DNA of 64,000 nucleotides from Anaerolineales bacterium (GCA_050012135.1 JBEKHT010000002.1:71268-135267); one strand, 5' to 3'; positions 8,793 to 17,373 are shown, counted from the first letter of the stretch. Made by a program: numbers and translations. The notes: generated by a model from the sequence alone, not told the origin.

Positions 8793-9875
8793 CTAAAGAG
8801 GAGGCGAGGGCGGACCCTTCATGGGCCCAACAGGGACAACCCGGTCCGCCGCACGACTCAGGCGGTCGTTGATCGCAAGCCCGAGCCCTTCAGGAGGAAG
8901 GGTATGGGCCAGGATAAGATCGACATGCGCGCTTTCCAGGGTTCGAAGTCCAGCAAAAAGACGCCGCGCGACCTGGGGCAGGTCGGAAATTGGCCCAAGG
9001 TCACACGTTTCTGCGGTGGTCGGCCTCATCAGCCTCAAACCTTCAGAAACGGCGATGACACCCACCCTGCGTCCCGCGCGCATCGCCTCATCCGCGATTT
9101 CCGCGAGTTCCTGCATTTGTTCTTGCAGCTCGAACCCTGAGCAGAGAACAGTTTGTGCTCTTGGGGCATAATGCCGCGCTTGTCTCCCGGGAGAAGAGCT
9201 GAGGCGCTCGTCTGGTTGCGCAATACGCACCGGCCCGATGACGGCCTCGATCTCTTCACGGGGAAGCCCGCCAGGGCGGAGGATCACCGGCGGCTGAGAG
9301 AGCAGGTCCAGCACGGTGGACTCAATCCCAAGAGGTGTTGGACCTCCATCAAGAATTAGTTCGATGCGACCTGATAGGTCGTCAAGCACATGCTGAGCAT
9401 TGGTGGGGCTGGCGTGGGCGAACCGATTGGCGGAGGGAGCGGCGATCGGCACGCCGCATGCCCGCAGAAGTCCGAGGGCCACAGGGTGTGCTGGCACACG
9501 CACCGCGACCGTCTGGAGTCTGGCGGTTACCTCGGGAGGAATCTTGTCGCTCTTGGGTAGGAGAAGGGTGAGGGGGCCTGGCCAGAACCTCTCGGCGAGC
9601 TTGAGTGCGGTCCTCGGCTGCGCAGAACTTACAAGCCAAAGGTCGTCACGGTTTGCCAAATGGACGATCAAGGGGTCGCTGGACGGCCTCCCCTTGGCCT
9701 CGAAGATCCTGAGCACCGCCTCGGGATCCAGCGCGTTGGCCCCCAGGCCATAGACAGTCTCGGTCGGGAACGCGACCAGATCCCCGCGAACAATGCTCTC
9801 CGCCGCCCGGGCGAGGATTAGCTCCTCCGGGTGCATTGGATCAACCTTGCAGACGATCGTCGAGTGATTTGACAT
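8793..9875 (-). CDS. tsaC: L-threonylcarbamoyladenylate synthase, Sua5 type (YrdC + Sua5 domains)
   Basis: ORF 8793..10058(-) trimmed to the ATG at 9875. Motifs: GDLVAFPTETVYGLGANA..KGRPSSDPLIVH..PSANRFAHASPT. Confidence 0.85.
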   Translation of the reverse strand: MSNHSTIVCKVDPMHPEELILARAAESIVRGDLVAFPTETVYGLGANALDPEAVLRIFEAKGRPSSDPLIVHLANRDDLWLVSSAQPRTALKLAERFWPGPLTLLLPKSDKIPPEVTARLQTVAVRVPAHPVALGLLRACGVPIAAPSANRFAHASPTNAQHVLDDLSGRIELILDGGPTPLGIESTVLDLLSQPPVILRPGGLPREEIEAVIGPVRIAQPDERLSSSPGRQARHYAPRAQTVLCSGFELQEQMQELAEIADEAMRAGRRVGVIAVSEGLRLMRPTTAETCDLGPISDLPQVARRLFAGLRTLESAHVDLILAHTLPPEGLGLAINDRLSRAADRVVPVGPMKGPPSPPL

Positions 9876-10658
9876 GATCCCTGACCGCACGATTATATTC
9901 TCCGACGGAGTGGGCAGGCGCCGGATAGTGAGGCTTTGGCGACCCTCTCGAAAAGAGAGTTGCTTCGGCTCGGGAACCGAAGGTCCCTGGAGGTTACCTC
10001 GGATCAGATAGGCCCACTTGACGAATGGGATCGCACGACCTGCTGGAGAACAACGCATTCAGAGCAGGGATTCGAGGGCCAGGATCTTAGCCAGTCCCGC
10101 GTCTGGGTCAGATTCCCCAGAGAGAAGGATGACCGGGCAGGGGGAAGACGGGTCCCCGGTTTTTGGAGAAAAGAAGACCGAACGAGGACGCCAAGCGTAG
10201 GAATCCCACCCTGGTCAGGGTCTCACGCAGGGCAATGGACAGGATGAGGAGAACGATCGCGAGGGGAGTGAACCGAGCGTGGAACGCAGCTGGAAGGGGC
10301 TCGGGGCACGCCACAGGTCGACTCCGCAACGTGCTCGATTAGATCGGTTGCGGGACCCGTGCGAGCAGGAATGGCGTCGAGGCAACAGCCTGTGACCTGA
10401 GCGGCGGAGAACTGGTTGCCGGTGTCGCGTACCCTTTGTGCGATGAAGGCGAAGAGGGAAAGGGGGGCCGCGGTTCCCCTCCGCCAGGATGATTCTGATT
10501 GTCGACTTCCGTTGCAACATCATGCCACGCCACAACCCCATTTGGGGGGTATATCCATATGTGGATGCGAATTGTCAAGTACCGAATATGGTGTGGCCTG
10601 CGCGCCTCGCCCTAGATACGCCGGTTGCGGAAAGCGACAAGATGGGTAGAATCATTTT

Positions 10659-13600
10659 GTGGCCATTTTCCCGCTTCCTGTAGGACCGGGGTACCGCGCC
10701 GCACGTCCTGCCAGGTTCACCGTCCCGCGCACACCGTCGGACCTTCTTGAGCGTCCGCGCCTTACCGAATTCATCCAAAGACACCTCAATCGAAAACTGA
10801 TCCTGATCTCGGCTGCGCCTGGGTACGGCAAGACCTCCTTGGCTGTAACCTTTGCCCATCAAGCCGATTTCCCTTTGGCCTGGCTGTCCCTCGACGAAAC
10901 TGACCGAGACATCGTCACCATGGTGAACGACCTCTTCCAGTCGCTCCACCGAGCATTGCTTGACTGGTTGCCGCCGCCTCCTGAGTCGCTGGGGCTTCCT
11001 TCGGCGGCGAGTCAGCCGGTAAGCCTTGGGCTTGCGCTCACACAGGCTCTGGACCAAGCCGCGACGGATTTCACCGCACTGGTCATCGACGATTTCCACT
11101 TGGTCGATGATTCGCCTGCGATCATCGAGTTCTTCGATTCCTTCTTTGAGACGCTTCCCCCGCAACTGCACGTGATCCTGCTCAGCCGGCAAATCCCTCC
11201 CCTTCGCATTGCGTCGCTCGCCGCAAGACAGGAGATAGCCGGCCTGAGTGAAGAGCACCTGCGATTCACCCCCTCTGAAGTTCAAGCGCTGCTGGAGAAG
11301 CGCAACAACCTTACCTTGCCGACCTCAGACGCAGAAGCGCTGGTCTCGCACACCGAGGGTTGGATCACCGGGATTCTGCTCAGCAGCCAGCTAATCTGGC
11401 GAGGCTTGCTCAGCAACGTCGGCCTGCGGCGTGAGCAGGAGAGCATGCTCTACGATTACCTGGCCGAGGAGGTCTTAGAGCAGCAGCCTCAAGACCTTCG
11501 CACGTTCCTGTTGGAAGCATCCGTTCTTCCCGAGATGGATGGGGCGGCCTGCGACGTGGTCCTTGGCCGTCCCGGAGACAGCGCTCGGATGCTTGAGCAG
11601 CTTGAAGCAAAGCGGCTCTTCATCAGCGCCGTGGGGGATCCGCAGCCCACATACCGCTTCCACCATCTTTTCCGCGAGTTCCTGCTGGCCAGGCTTAGGC
11701 AGAAGAATCCCCTGCGCCTTCAGCAACTCCAGCGCCGGGCTGCCGAACAATACGAACTAAGTGGGATGCCGGAGGCTGCTTTCAACCTGTATGTCGCCTG
11801 CGGAGATCTTGCTCGCGCGGGGTCTATGGCTGAGGCCAACGCACAGAGCCTGTTCGAATCCGGAAGGCGAGAAATCCTGCTTCAGTGGGGGAAGCAACTC
11901 GAACAGATTTCACTGGAGGTCCCAAGATTGCAGTTCTGGGTGAGCAGAACGCTGTGCGATCGCGGGGAGATCGAGGTTGCTCAGGAGGCTGCTGATCTTG
12001 CCCAATCGGGATTCGAGAGGCGTTCCGACAAGAATGGTCTGACGAACGTTGAACTGATAAACGCCTGGTTGAACTTCCTGAAAAGTGACTACCGTTCGGG
12101 GCTCGCTCGAGCGCTTGCAGTACTAAGTCGTGCGGAAGGGGAGGAGTTGCCTCTGGAGACGAGGGCAATTGCTGAGCGGTATGCAGGCAGGTGCGAGCTT
12201 GAGCTTGGAAGAGCTCAATCGGCGCTTGACCACCTCAAGAGGGCTGCCACCTGGTTCGCGCAAGTCGGAAACGAGTATAGCCACGCGGTGACATTGACGG
12301 ACTTAGCTCTGGTGCTAAGGGTCTTGGGCAAGACTGCAGAGGTTTCGCAAACCCAGCAGCAGGTTCTCGCCGTCTGGAGGAAACTTGGCGTCCCGGGACA
12401 TCTGGCCATTGTGCTGAACAACGTCGGTTATGACATGCATATGCTCGGGCAGTACCAATCGGCGCGAGCCGTATATGAAGAGGCTTTGGAGTGGGCCAGG
12501 AAGTCAGGCGAAAGGCATGCGCAGGCTGTCGTGCTGATCAGCCAGGCTGACCTGCTCCGAGATCTGGGTGACAGCCAGCTTGCAGCCGATCTCTATAGCG
12601 TGGCAAACAAGCTGGCGCAGGAGGCGAGTGATAATGTGTTGCTTTCTTACATCTTCTGGGGTATGGCATTCATCAATCGCTCCGCCGGCAATTTCCCGGC
12701 CTCCCTCGAATGGCTGCGCCGAGCTGACTTAGCCGTAAGTGCTTCTGAAGAAAACTCAGCGCCAACGAACGGGGCGCTTCGCGGGGCTGTGCTTACAGAA
12801 ATGGGAGACCGCGAGCAGGGCTTGAAGTGCCTTCGAAAGGCAGCAGAAGACTTGGAGGCGCGCGGAGGAGATTTTGCCAATCTTTCCTGGGTCTCTCTCC
12901 TCCTCGCCCGTTCGCTCTGGATGAATGGATCTGCGGAGGAAGCGACAAGGCGACTCAAGCGCTCATTGGATCTGGCCAGAATGCTTGGGTACGACCAGAT
13001 GCTGGTCAGAGAGGCACTTGCGAGCAGGGAATTCCTAAGCACGGTCGCAAACTCTGAGGATCTTGGGGCACAGGTCAGGTCACTGCTGTTGCGTGCAGAG
13101 AATCTGCCGCCACCCGAGCAGGGCGCACGAGAGTTGCACGAGGGAGTCAGTTCGTCTGTCGTTGAGGTCAACGCATTGGGGCCCGCAAGAGTCGTTGTTG
13201 ATGGGCGGGAGATACCACGCACAGAGTGGGTGAGCCAGCGCGCCAGGGAAATGTTCTTCTTCTTGGTTGACAAGACATCAGTTCCCCGAGACGAGCTGCT
13301 TGCATTGTTCTGGCCCGAGACTCCTCAAGGAAGGGCGCTGACGAACCTTTATCAGACCTTGTATCGGATGCGCCGAGCGCTGGGGGGAGAGGCTGTTATC
13401 TTGAGGGATCAGGTTTGTCAGCTGGCTGAGAATCTTGATGTTCGATATGACGTGGCGGCGTTTGAGGAGGGCGCATCCCGGGCGCTCGCTTTGCCGCATC
13501 AGGACCTGCGCCGAATAGGCGCCCTGGAGCACGCAGTGGATCTGTATCTTGGGGATTACCTGGCCTACCTTCCCGTCGAATGGGCTAGGCAGCGCAGGGA

Positions 13601-13880
13601 GGAATTGTCGGAGACCTATGTGCACGTGCTTCGTGAATACTCGGACGAATTGGTTGTGCTGACCAGGTATGGCGATGCGAGAGCTGTCCTCAGCCGAGCT
13701 CTCGCGGTGGAGCCACTGCGAGACGACCTGCACCAGCGCATGATGCGAGTCTTGGCGTCGCAGGGACGTATTCATGAGGTGGTGGAGCACTATCAACGCT
13801 ATTGCGAATCGTTGCGGCGCGAGATGGGACTTGATCCACCGCCTGAGACTCGATCCCTTTACGGTAGCCTAATCGCCTAA
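10659..13880 (+). CDS. STAND (MalT-like P-loop) - TPR - OmpR-type wHTH - BTAD transcriptional regulator, paralog 1
   Basis: 1073 aa. Walker A is LILISAAPGYGKTSL, followed by a long helical/TPR-like middle. The C-terminus is SARP-like: ALGPARVVVDGREIPRTEWVSQRAREMFFFLV..LFWPE..LYRMRRAL, then BTAD (..RYGDARAVLSRALAVEPLRDDLHQRMMRVLASQGRIHEVVEHYQRYCESLRREMGLDPPPET). GTG start. Confidence 0.85.
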   Translation: MAIFPLPVGPGYRAARPARFTVPRTPSDLLERPRLTEFIQRHLNRKLILISAAPGYGKTSLAVTFAHQADFPLAWLSLDETDRDIVTMVNDLFQSLHRALLDWLPPPPESLGLPSAASQPVSLGLALTQALDQAATDFTALVIDDFHLVDDSPAIIEFFDSFFETLPPQLHVILLSRQIPPLRIASLAARQEIAGLSEEHLRFTPSEVQALLEKRNNLTLPTSDAEALVSHTEGWITGILLSSQLIWRGLLSNVGLRREQESMLYDYLAEEVLEQQPQDLRTFLLEASVLPEMDGAACDVVLGRPGDSARMLEQLEAKRLFISAVGDPQPTYRFHHLFREFLLARLRQKNPLRLQQLQRRAAEQYELSGMPEAAFNLYVACGDLARAGSMAEANAQSLFESGRREILLQWGKQLEQISLEVPRLQFWVSRTLCDRGEIEVAQEAADLAQSGFERRSDKNGLTNVELINAWLNFLKSDYRSGLARALAVLSRAEGEELPLETRAIAERYAGRCELELGRAQSALDHLKRAATWFAQVGNEYSHAVTLTDLALVLRVLGKTAEVSQTQQQVLAVWRKLGVPGHLAIVLNNVGYDMHMLGQYQSARAVYEEALEWARKSGERHAQAVVLISQADLLRDLGDSQLAADLYSVANKLAQEASDNVLLSYIFWGMAFINRSAGNFPASLEWLRRADLAVSASEENSAPTNGALRGAVLTEMGDREQGLKCLRKAAEDLEARGGDFANLSWVSLLLARSLWMNGSAEEATRRLKRSLDLARMLGYDQMLVREALASREFLSTVANSEDLGAQVRSLLLRAENLPPPEQGARELHEGVSSSVVEVNALGPARVVVDGREIPRTEWVSQRAREMFFFLVDKTSVPRDELLALFWPETPQGRALTNLYQTLYRMRRALGGEAVILRDQVCQLAENLDVRYDVAAFEEGASRALALPHQDLRRIGALEHAVDLYLGDYLAYLPVEWARQRREELSETYVHVLREYSDELVVLTRYGDARAVLSRALAVEPLRDDLHQRMMRVLASQGRIHEVVEHYQRYCESLRREMGLDPPPETRSLYGSLIA

Positions 13881-14128
13881 CCCCCAATCTAGTGTAGGGG
13901 AGGACCGCTCCAGGAATAGCCACGCTTCCTCAGTGACTCCTTCACTGGGGCCTTGTGGAGAATACTTTCTTCGCGAGGCGGCAAGTCACGAGGAACAGCA
14001 GAAAGCGTCCAGAAAGCCACACCCCTCGTCGTCGGACAATCAAGGTAAAGCAAGCCGCAACACCGGGAACGGGACAATAACCGTACGTTTGGTCCGGATC
14101 TGATCAAGGGTGCGGAGTCCAGAACGCC

Positions 14129-14150
14129 TGTTCGTTGCGTGTTCGTTGCG
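14129..14150 (+). repeat. perfect 2 x 11-bp tandem direct repeat TGTTCGTTGCG (possible wHTH/BTAD regulator box)
   Basis: Read directly: tgttcgttgcg at 14129-14139 and again at 14140-14150. It lies 74-95 nt upstream of the ATG at 14224. The regulatory role is inference only. Confidence 0.9.
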
Positions 14151-14153
14151 CCG

Positions 14154-14444
14154 TCATCTGAGCGTCGAGGCAATCTTCATAAAGTATTGGCAACAGTCTT
14201 GCACGGCCAAAAGGAGGCCCACAATGAAAAGCAGCAGCACGACCCACGGTAACTTCAGGACTCCGCCATCTGGTGGCGGCAGCTTCATGCCGCCGAGTGG
14301 CGGCGGCAGCTTCATGCCGCCGAGTGGTGGCGGCAGCTTCATGCCGCCGAGTGGTGGCGGCAGCTTCATGCCGCCGAGTGGTGGCGGCAGCTTCATGCCG
14401 CCGAGTGGTGGCGGCAGCTTCATGCCGCCTTGTTGCGGGGGCAT
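14154..14444 (-). CDS. alternative reading: 96-aa proline-rich repeat protein with a C-terminal TM anchor (mutually exclusive with the plus-strand call)
   Basis: MPPQQ-(GGMKLPPPL)x5-GGMKLPPPD-GGVLKLP-WVVLLLFIVGLLLAV-QDCCQYFMKIASTLR. The uninterrupted 15-residue hydrophobic helix is hard to get by chance. There is a silent CTG/TTA Leu switch in the degenerate last repeat. The SD is only weak (AGGA), and the ATG is just 36 nt from the divergent ORF. Confidence 0.35.
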   Translation of the reverse strand: MPPQQGGMKLPPPLGGMKLPPPLGGMKLPPPLGGMKLPPPLGGMKLPPPLGGMKLPPPDGGVLKLPWVVLLLFIVGLLLAVQDCCQYFMKIASTLR

Positions 14445-14448
14445 CTAG
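14224..14448 (+). CDS. candidate 74-aa repeat peptide MKSSSTTHGNFRT-(PPSGGGSFM)x6-PPCCGGI (mutually exclusive with the minus-strand call below)
   Basis: AAGGAGG at 14211-14217 lies 6 nt before the ATG. The ORF is co-directional with the regulator upstream and the SD-led ORF 32 nt downstream. The copy-1 variant is fully silent in this frame, including an AGT/TCT serine switch. Confidence 0.4.
   Translation: MKSSSTTHGNFRTPPSGGGSFMPPSGGGSFMPPSGGGSFMPPSGGGSFMPPSGGGSFMPPSGGGSFMPPCCGGI
14263..14429. repeat. 27-bp tandem repeat, 6 full copies plus a 5-nt partial copy
   Basis: The unit is ccgccgagtggtggcggcagcttcatg. Copies start at 14263, 14290, 14317, 14344, 14371 and 14398. Copies 3-6 are identical, copy 2 has 1 change (ggc), and copy 1 has 3 changes (cca tct). 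It is open in 4 of 6 frames. Confidence 0.97.
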
Positions 14449-14480
14449 TCCTGGTCGTTGCGCATAGCTTCGGAGGCTCA

Positions 14481-14774
14481 ATGTCAGCAACAGGATTGAA
14501 TCGACTTGTGGGAAGGGCAGTGGTGAGCGAACGGTTTTGCGCGGAGCTGCTCGACGGGCGCCGTGATGAGCTCCTTACGGGATACGACCTGAGCCCGGAG
14601 GAACACAGCGCGGTGATGGGAATGCATGCAGACGCCTTGCACGAGTTCGCGGCTGCGGTCGATCACCTGATAGTCACCAGCCAGAGCAAGGCGAATGTGC
14701 CCCAGTGGGCTCCGAGCGCAAACTCGCTCGTCTGGAGAATCCGCGAGCCGAACGGAGTTCCTCGGTCACGCTAG
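14481..14774 (+). CDS. small protein with an NHLP/Os1348/LigA-like helical N-terminal domain
   Basis: ORF 14430..14774(+) trimmed to the ATG at 14481, with GGAGG 4 nt upstream. LNRLVGRAVVSERFCAELLDGRRDELLTGYDLSPEEHSAVMGMHADALHEFAAAV resembles the helical-hairpin family seen in NHLP-clan leader peptides and LigA subunits. This is a pattern recollection, not a search result. Confidence 0.5.
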   Translation: MSATGLNRLVGRAVVSERFCAELLDGRRDELLTGYDLSPEEHSAVMGMHADALHEFAAAVDHLIVTSQSKANVPQWAPSANSLVWRIREPNGVPRSR

Positions 14775-14975
14775 GCGCCTCTCGATTCTCGCTGTTTTGT
14801 TGCCAGAGGCGACTTGTTGCATCCGAGACCGAGAGACGTGAGTCAGAGGAGGCCCGATGAGCGATCGGGCCACGGCTTCGAGGATCCTGTGTGAGGGATT
14901 CCGGTTGATTTCGGTTAGCGATAGGGTGATGGAAGAACAGCTGGTTGGCTGATTGCTCGGGGCGCGCCCCAGGGG

Positions 14976-16376
14976 GTGGCGCGCCCAGCAACCAGGAGGC
15001 CGAAAACCACTGCGATCATGACGACTGAGAGAACGGATTCTGTGGAAAAGATCCCTAGCATTGCTGAGGGAGGCGAGAATTTGCCTCCCGGTTTCAACTC
15101 CGTGCCCAGTTCAATGGCAGATCGAACCCTAGATGTGGGGGGCGCTCTTTGGAACGTCCTACGCATGGCTGGGCGTGCGATAGGTGCAGACCTATCTCAA
15201 ATCTATTTACTGGATGGGGAGCAAGGGAATCTCAGCCTATCTGCGTCGATCCCCGATGGGGCTCAGGGATTCGGCGTGCCGCTTTCGATCGTCACTATTC
15301 TGAAGAACGCAATCGACACCAACTCTCCGGCGCGGTTGAACCGATCTGAATTGGGACCCGATTGGAGCCACACAAAAGTGCGAGCCGCTCTCTTTCTTCC
15401 CCTCGTTTGGGATGGGACGCCGTTGGGGGGGATGGCCTTCCTCTGGTCGGATGAGGGGCTGGAGAGAGGTGAGGGCTCCTTGGACATGGGTGCGCTCCTG
15501 GCTCCGCAAGTAGCCCTTTCCATAGAGAATGCAAAGCTGCGCGAGGCTCTCGAGAGGACACGCACTGAGTTGATGAGTCAAGTTCAAGAGCTTATTGGAA
15601 CGATTCAGCGGACCCAACATGAGGCTCGGGAATCGTCGGAGCAAACCCTGCTCTTCGGGCAAAGGCTCCGCACTCCTCTGACCACACTTGAACTCTACCT
15701 GGACCTTATCTGCGACCACCCGGACCGGGCGCGCGATTACGCGGAGGTGCTAGGCCGGGAAATCAAGCGAATGCAGTCGATGGTAGAGGAGATGTTTACA
15801 CTTGGCCAGGCGCAGGTAGCCAAGGTTGAGCCGGATCGAACAACCGTTGATCTCTCAGTGCTGGCTCGCGAGATCGTGAGTTCAACGGAGGTCCTCGCGA
15901 AATCTCAAGGCCAGATGCTTCGCCTGAGACTGGATCCCTCATGCCCATTGGTCAGCGCCGACCTGCAGATGCTAAAGCAGGCTATCGCGAACTTGCTTGC
16001 AAACGCCGTTCAATACACACCCAGAGGCGGGAGAGTTAGCTTGACCGTCGAGCCCCGCTTCCGAGGGGGTCGAACGTGGGCAACGGTGACGATTTCAGAT
16101 ACGGGCTATGGCATCTCGCATGATGAGCTCGGCCACATCTTCGAGGCTTTCTACCGGGGAAAGGCGGCGAGGGTTTCGGAGGTCGCGGGAATGGGCCTGG
16201 GATTGACGATCAGCCGGAAGATTATCGAGACCCATGGCGGCAAGATCGAGGTTCAAAGTGCGGTCGGGGAAGGATCCAATTTCACCATATGGCTCCCAGC
16301 TTGCGCAATTTCAGTCCAGATTGTGTCTCAACCCACCGACAATTCAATCAGGACGCGCGCTGAGCGGAAAACCTAG
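14976..16376 (+). CDS. GAF-domain sensor histidine kinase with a degenerate H-box (Gln at the phospho-His position)
   Basis: 466 aa. The N-terminus is GAF-like. The HisKA-like helix is LLFGQRLRTPLTTLELYL (canonical SHELRTPL). HATPase_c is intact (ANAVQYT, DTGYGI, GMGLGL). Start is uncertain: GTG 14976, ATG 15018 or 15114. Confidence 0.8.
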   Translation: MARPATRRPKTTAIMTTERTDSVEKIPSIAEGGENLPPGFNSVPSSMADRTLDVGGALWNVLRMAGRAIGADLSQIYLLDGEQGNLSLSASIPDGAQGFGVPLSIVTILKNAIDTNSPARLNRSELGPDWSHTKVRAALFLPLVWDGTPLGGMAFLWSDEGLERGEGSLDMGALLAPQVALSIENAKLREALERTRTELMSQVQELIGTIQRTQHEARESSEQTLLFGQRLRTPLTTLELYLDLICDHPDRARDYAEVLGREIKRMQSMVEEMFTLGQAQVAKVEPDRTTVDLSVLAREIVSSTEVLAKSQGQMLRLRLDPSCPLVSADLQMLKQAIANLLANAVQYTPRGGRVSLTVEPRFRGGRTWATVTISDTGYGISHDELGHIFEAFYRGKAARVSEVAGMGLGLTISRKIIETHGGKIEVQSAVGEGSNFTIWLPACAISVQIVSQPTDNSIRTRAERKT

Positions 16377-16425
16377 TCCTGTTGCAGCCCGGCTGCCGAG
16401 AGAAGCGGGCAAGCATTGACGGAGA

Positions 16426-16459
16426 AAAGACCCAGGCTGGCTTATCGAGGTCTTTTTTT
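16426..16459. terminator. candidate bidirectional intrinsic terminator between convergent genes
   Basis: Stem aaagacc (16426-16432) pairs with ggtcttt (16449-16455) around a 16-nt loop. A T-run to 16459 follows on plus, and a shorter T-run follows on minus. Confidence 0.45.
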
Positions 16460-16509
16460 CATTGCAGACCTCCGCTTGGGACCACTCGGACTTGGCCTGC
16501 GTGAAGGGG

Positions 16510-17373
16510 TTATTGCTGCTTCCCGATTCCCTTCTTGAGCTTCTTCCACTCACTTTGAAGGACCAAGGCGTCGACCTCGAGAATCGGGCTTTCGCATAAG
16601 ATTCTTCCTTCGCAATCGAGGTCCAGCAATGCCATGAGCAGATCGTGCATGCGTAGGTCGGCGTCCTTGAATGCCAGGTGGTTTCTTTCCCCCCTGGGGC
16701 CATACTCGATTCCGGAGAGGTGAATATGCAAACCCTTCAACGCCCTGGACCCCAGAGCGTGGTCGACGTGGTCCAGTACACTCCTCCATTCTCGGTAGGA
16801 GTTCATTGACCCATCCCCAGGGCGCGCATGCAAGTGGGCGAAATCCAGGCAGGGCTTCACTCCCTCGATCTCTTTGCTCATAGTGAGAACGTCATTTAGG
16901 GAGCCGAGCATCGCGCTTTTCCCCATGGTTTCGGGCCGGAGGATCACCTCGTTGCCGTCCCTCCGCAGCTCCTCCACGCAACGGCGTAATCGAGGCAGAG
17001 CAACTCGAATGACCTTTGTCGGTTCGTTCCCGAAGTAGGACCCGGGGTGGAACACGATGTCGGTCGCACCCGCCAAACGACCATAGTGGGCCGCATCCAT
17101 TAGACGCTTGCGGCTTTTTGGCCATTCCTCCTTTGAGGCGTTCAGATTGATGAAATAGGGGGCGTGAACGCTCAGTGTGATCCCTTGTTGGTCCGCAGCT
17201 AGCCGGATGGTCTCGCACGTATCCTCGCTCACCCGAACTGATTGAACCCAGGCCAGTTCGAGCGCATCCAAGCCGAGCTGGGCGGTCCGCTGGATGCCTC
17301 CCACAGTTCCCCCTGGTTTCTTGGGCGTCGAGTGAGGACTTCCTACGGTCCCAAATCGAAAGGCGTTCCCCAT
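16510..17373 (-). CDS. nfo: endonuclease IV-like TIM-barrel protein (AP endonuclease family 2)
   Basis: 287 aa. Motifs: LSVHAPYFINLNAS..IVFHPGSY..LRPETMGK..CLDFAHLHAR..LHIHLSGIEYG..NHL. Confidence 0.7.
   Translation of the reverse strand: MGNAFRFGTVGSPHSTPKKPGGTVGGIQRTAQLGLDALELAWVQSVRVSEDTCETIRLAADQQGITLSVHAPYFINLNASKEEWPKSRKRLMDAAHYGRLAGATDIVFHPGSYFGNEPTKVIRVALPRLRRCVEELRRDGNEVILRPETMGKSAMLGSLNDVLTMSKEIEGVKPCLDFAHLHARPGDGSMNSYREWRSVLDHVDHALGSRALKGLHIHLSGIEYGPRGERNHLAFKDADLRMHDLLMALLDLDCEGRILCESPILEVDALVLQSEWKKLKKGIGKQQ

Noticed and set aside
10108-10329. A 73-aa minus-strand ORF with one hydrophobic segment in the leader region of regulator paralog 1.
   Set aside because: There is no SD, the context is poor, and other frames are equally open. 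It is not supportable as a gene.
14263-14429. Could the 27-bp array be a CRISPR?
   Set aside because: The copies are strictly head-to-tail with no spacers, and there are no cas genes in the window. It is a coding-type or minisatellite tandem repeat, not a CRISPR.
14104-14490. Third and fourth readings of the repeat: (TTRRHEAAA)n on minus and (AAASCRRVV)n on plus.
   Set aside because: They are open only because the repeat lacks stops. They have no SD, no hydrophobic or leader features, and no flanking sequence that looks coding.
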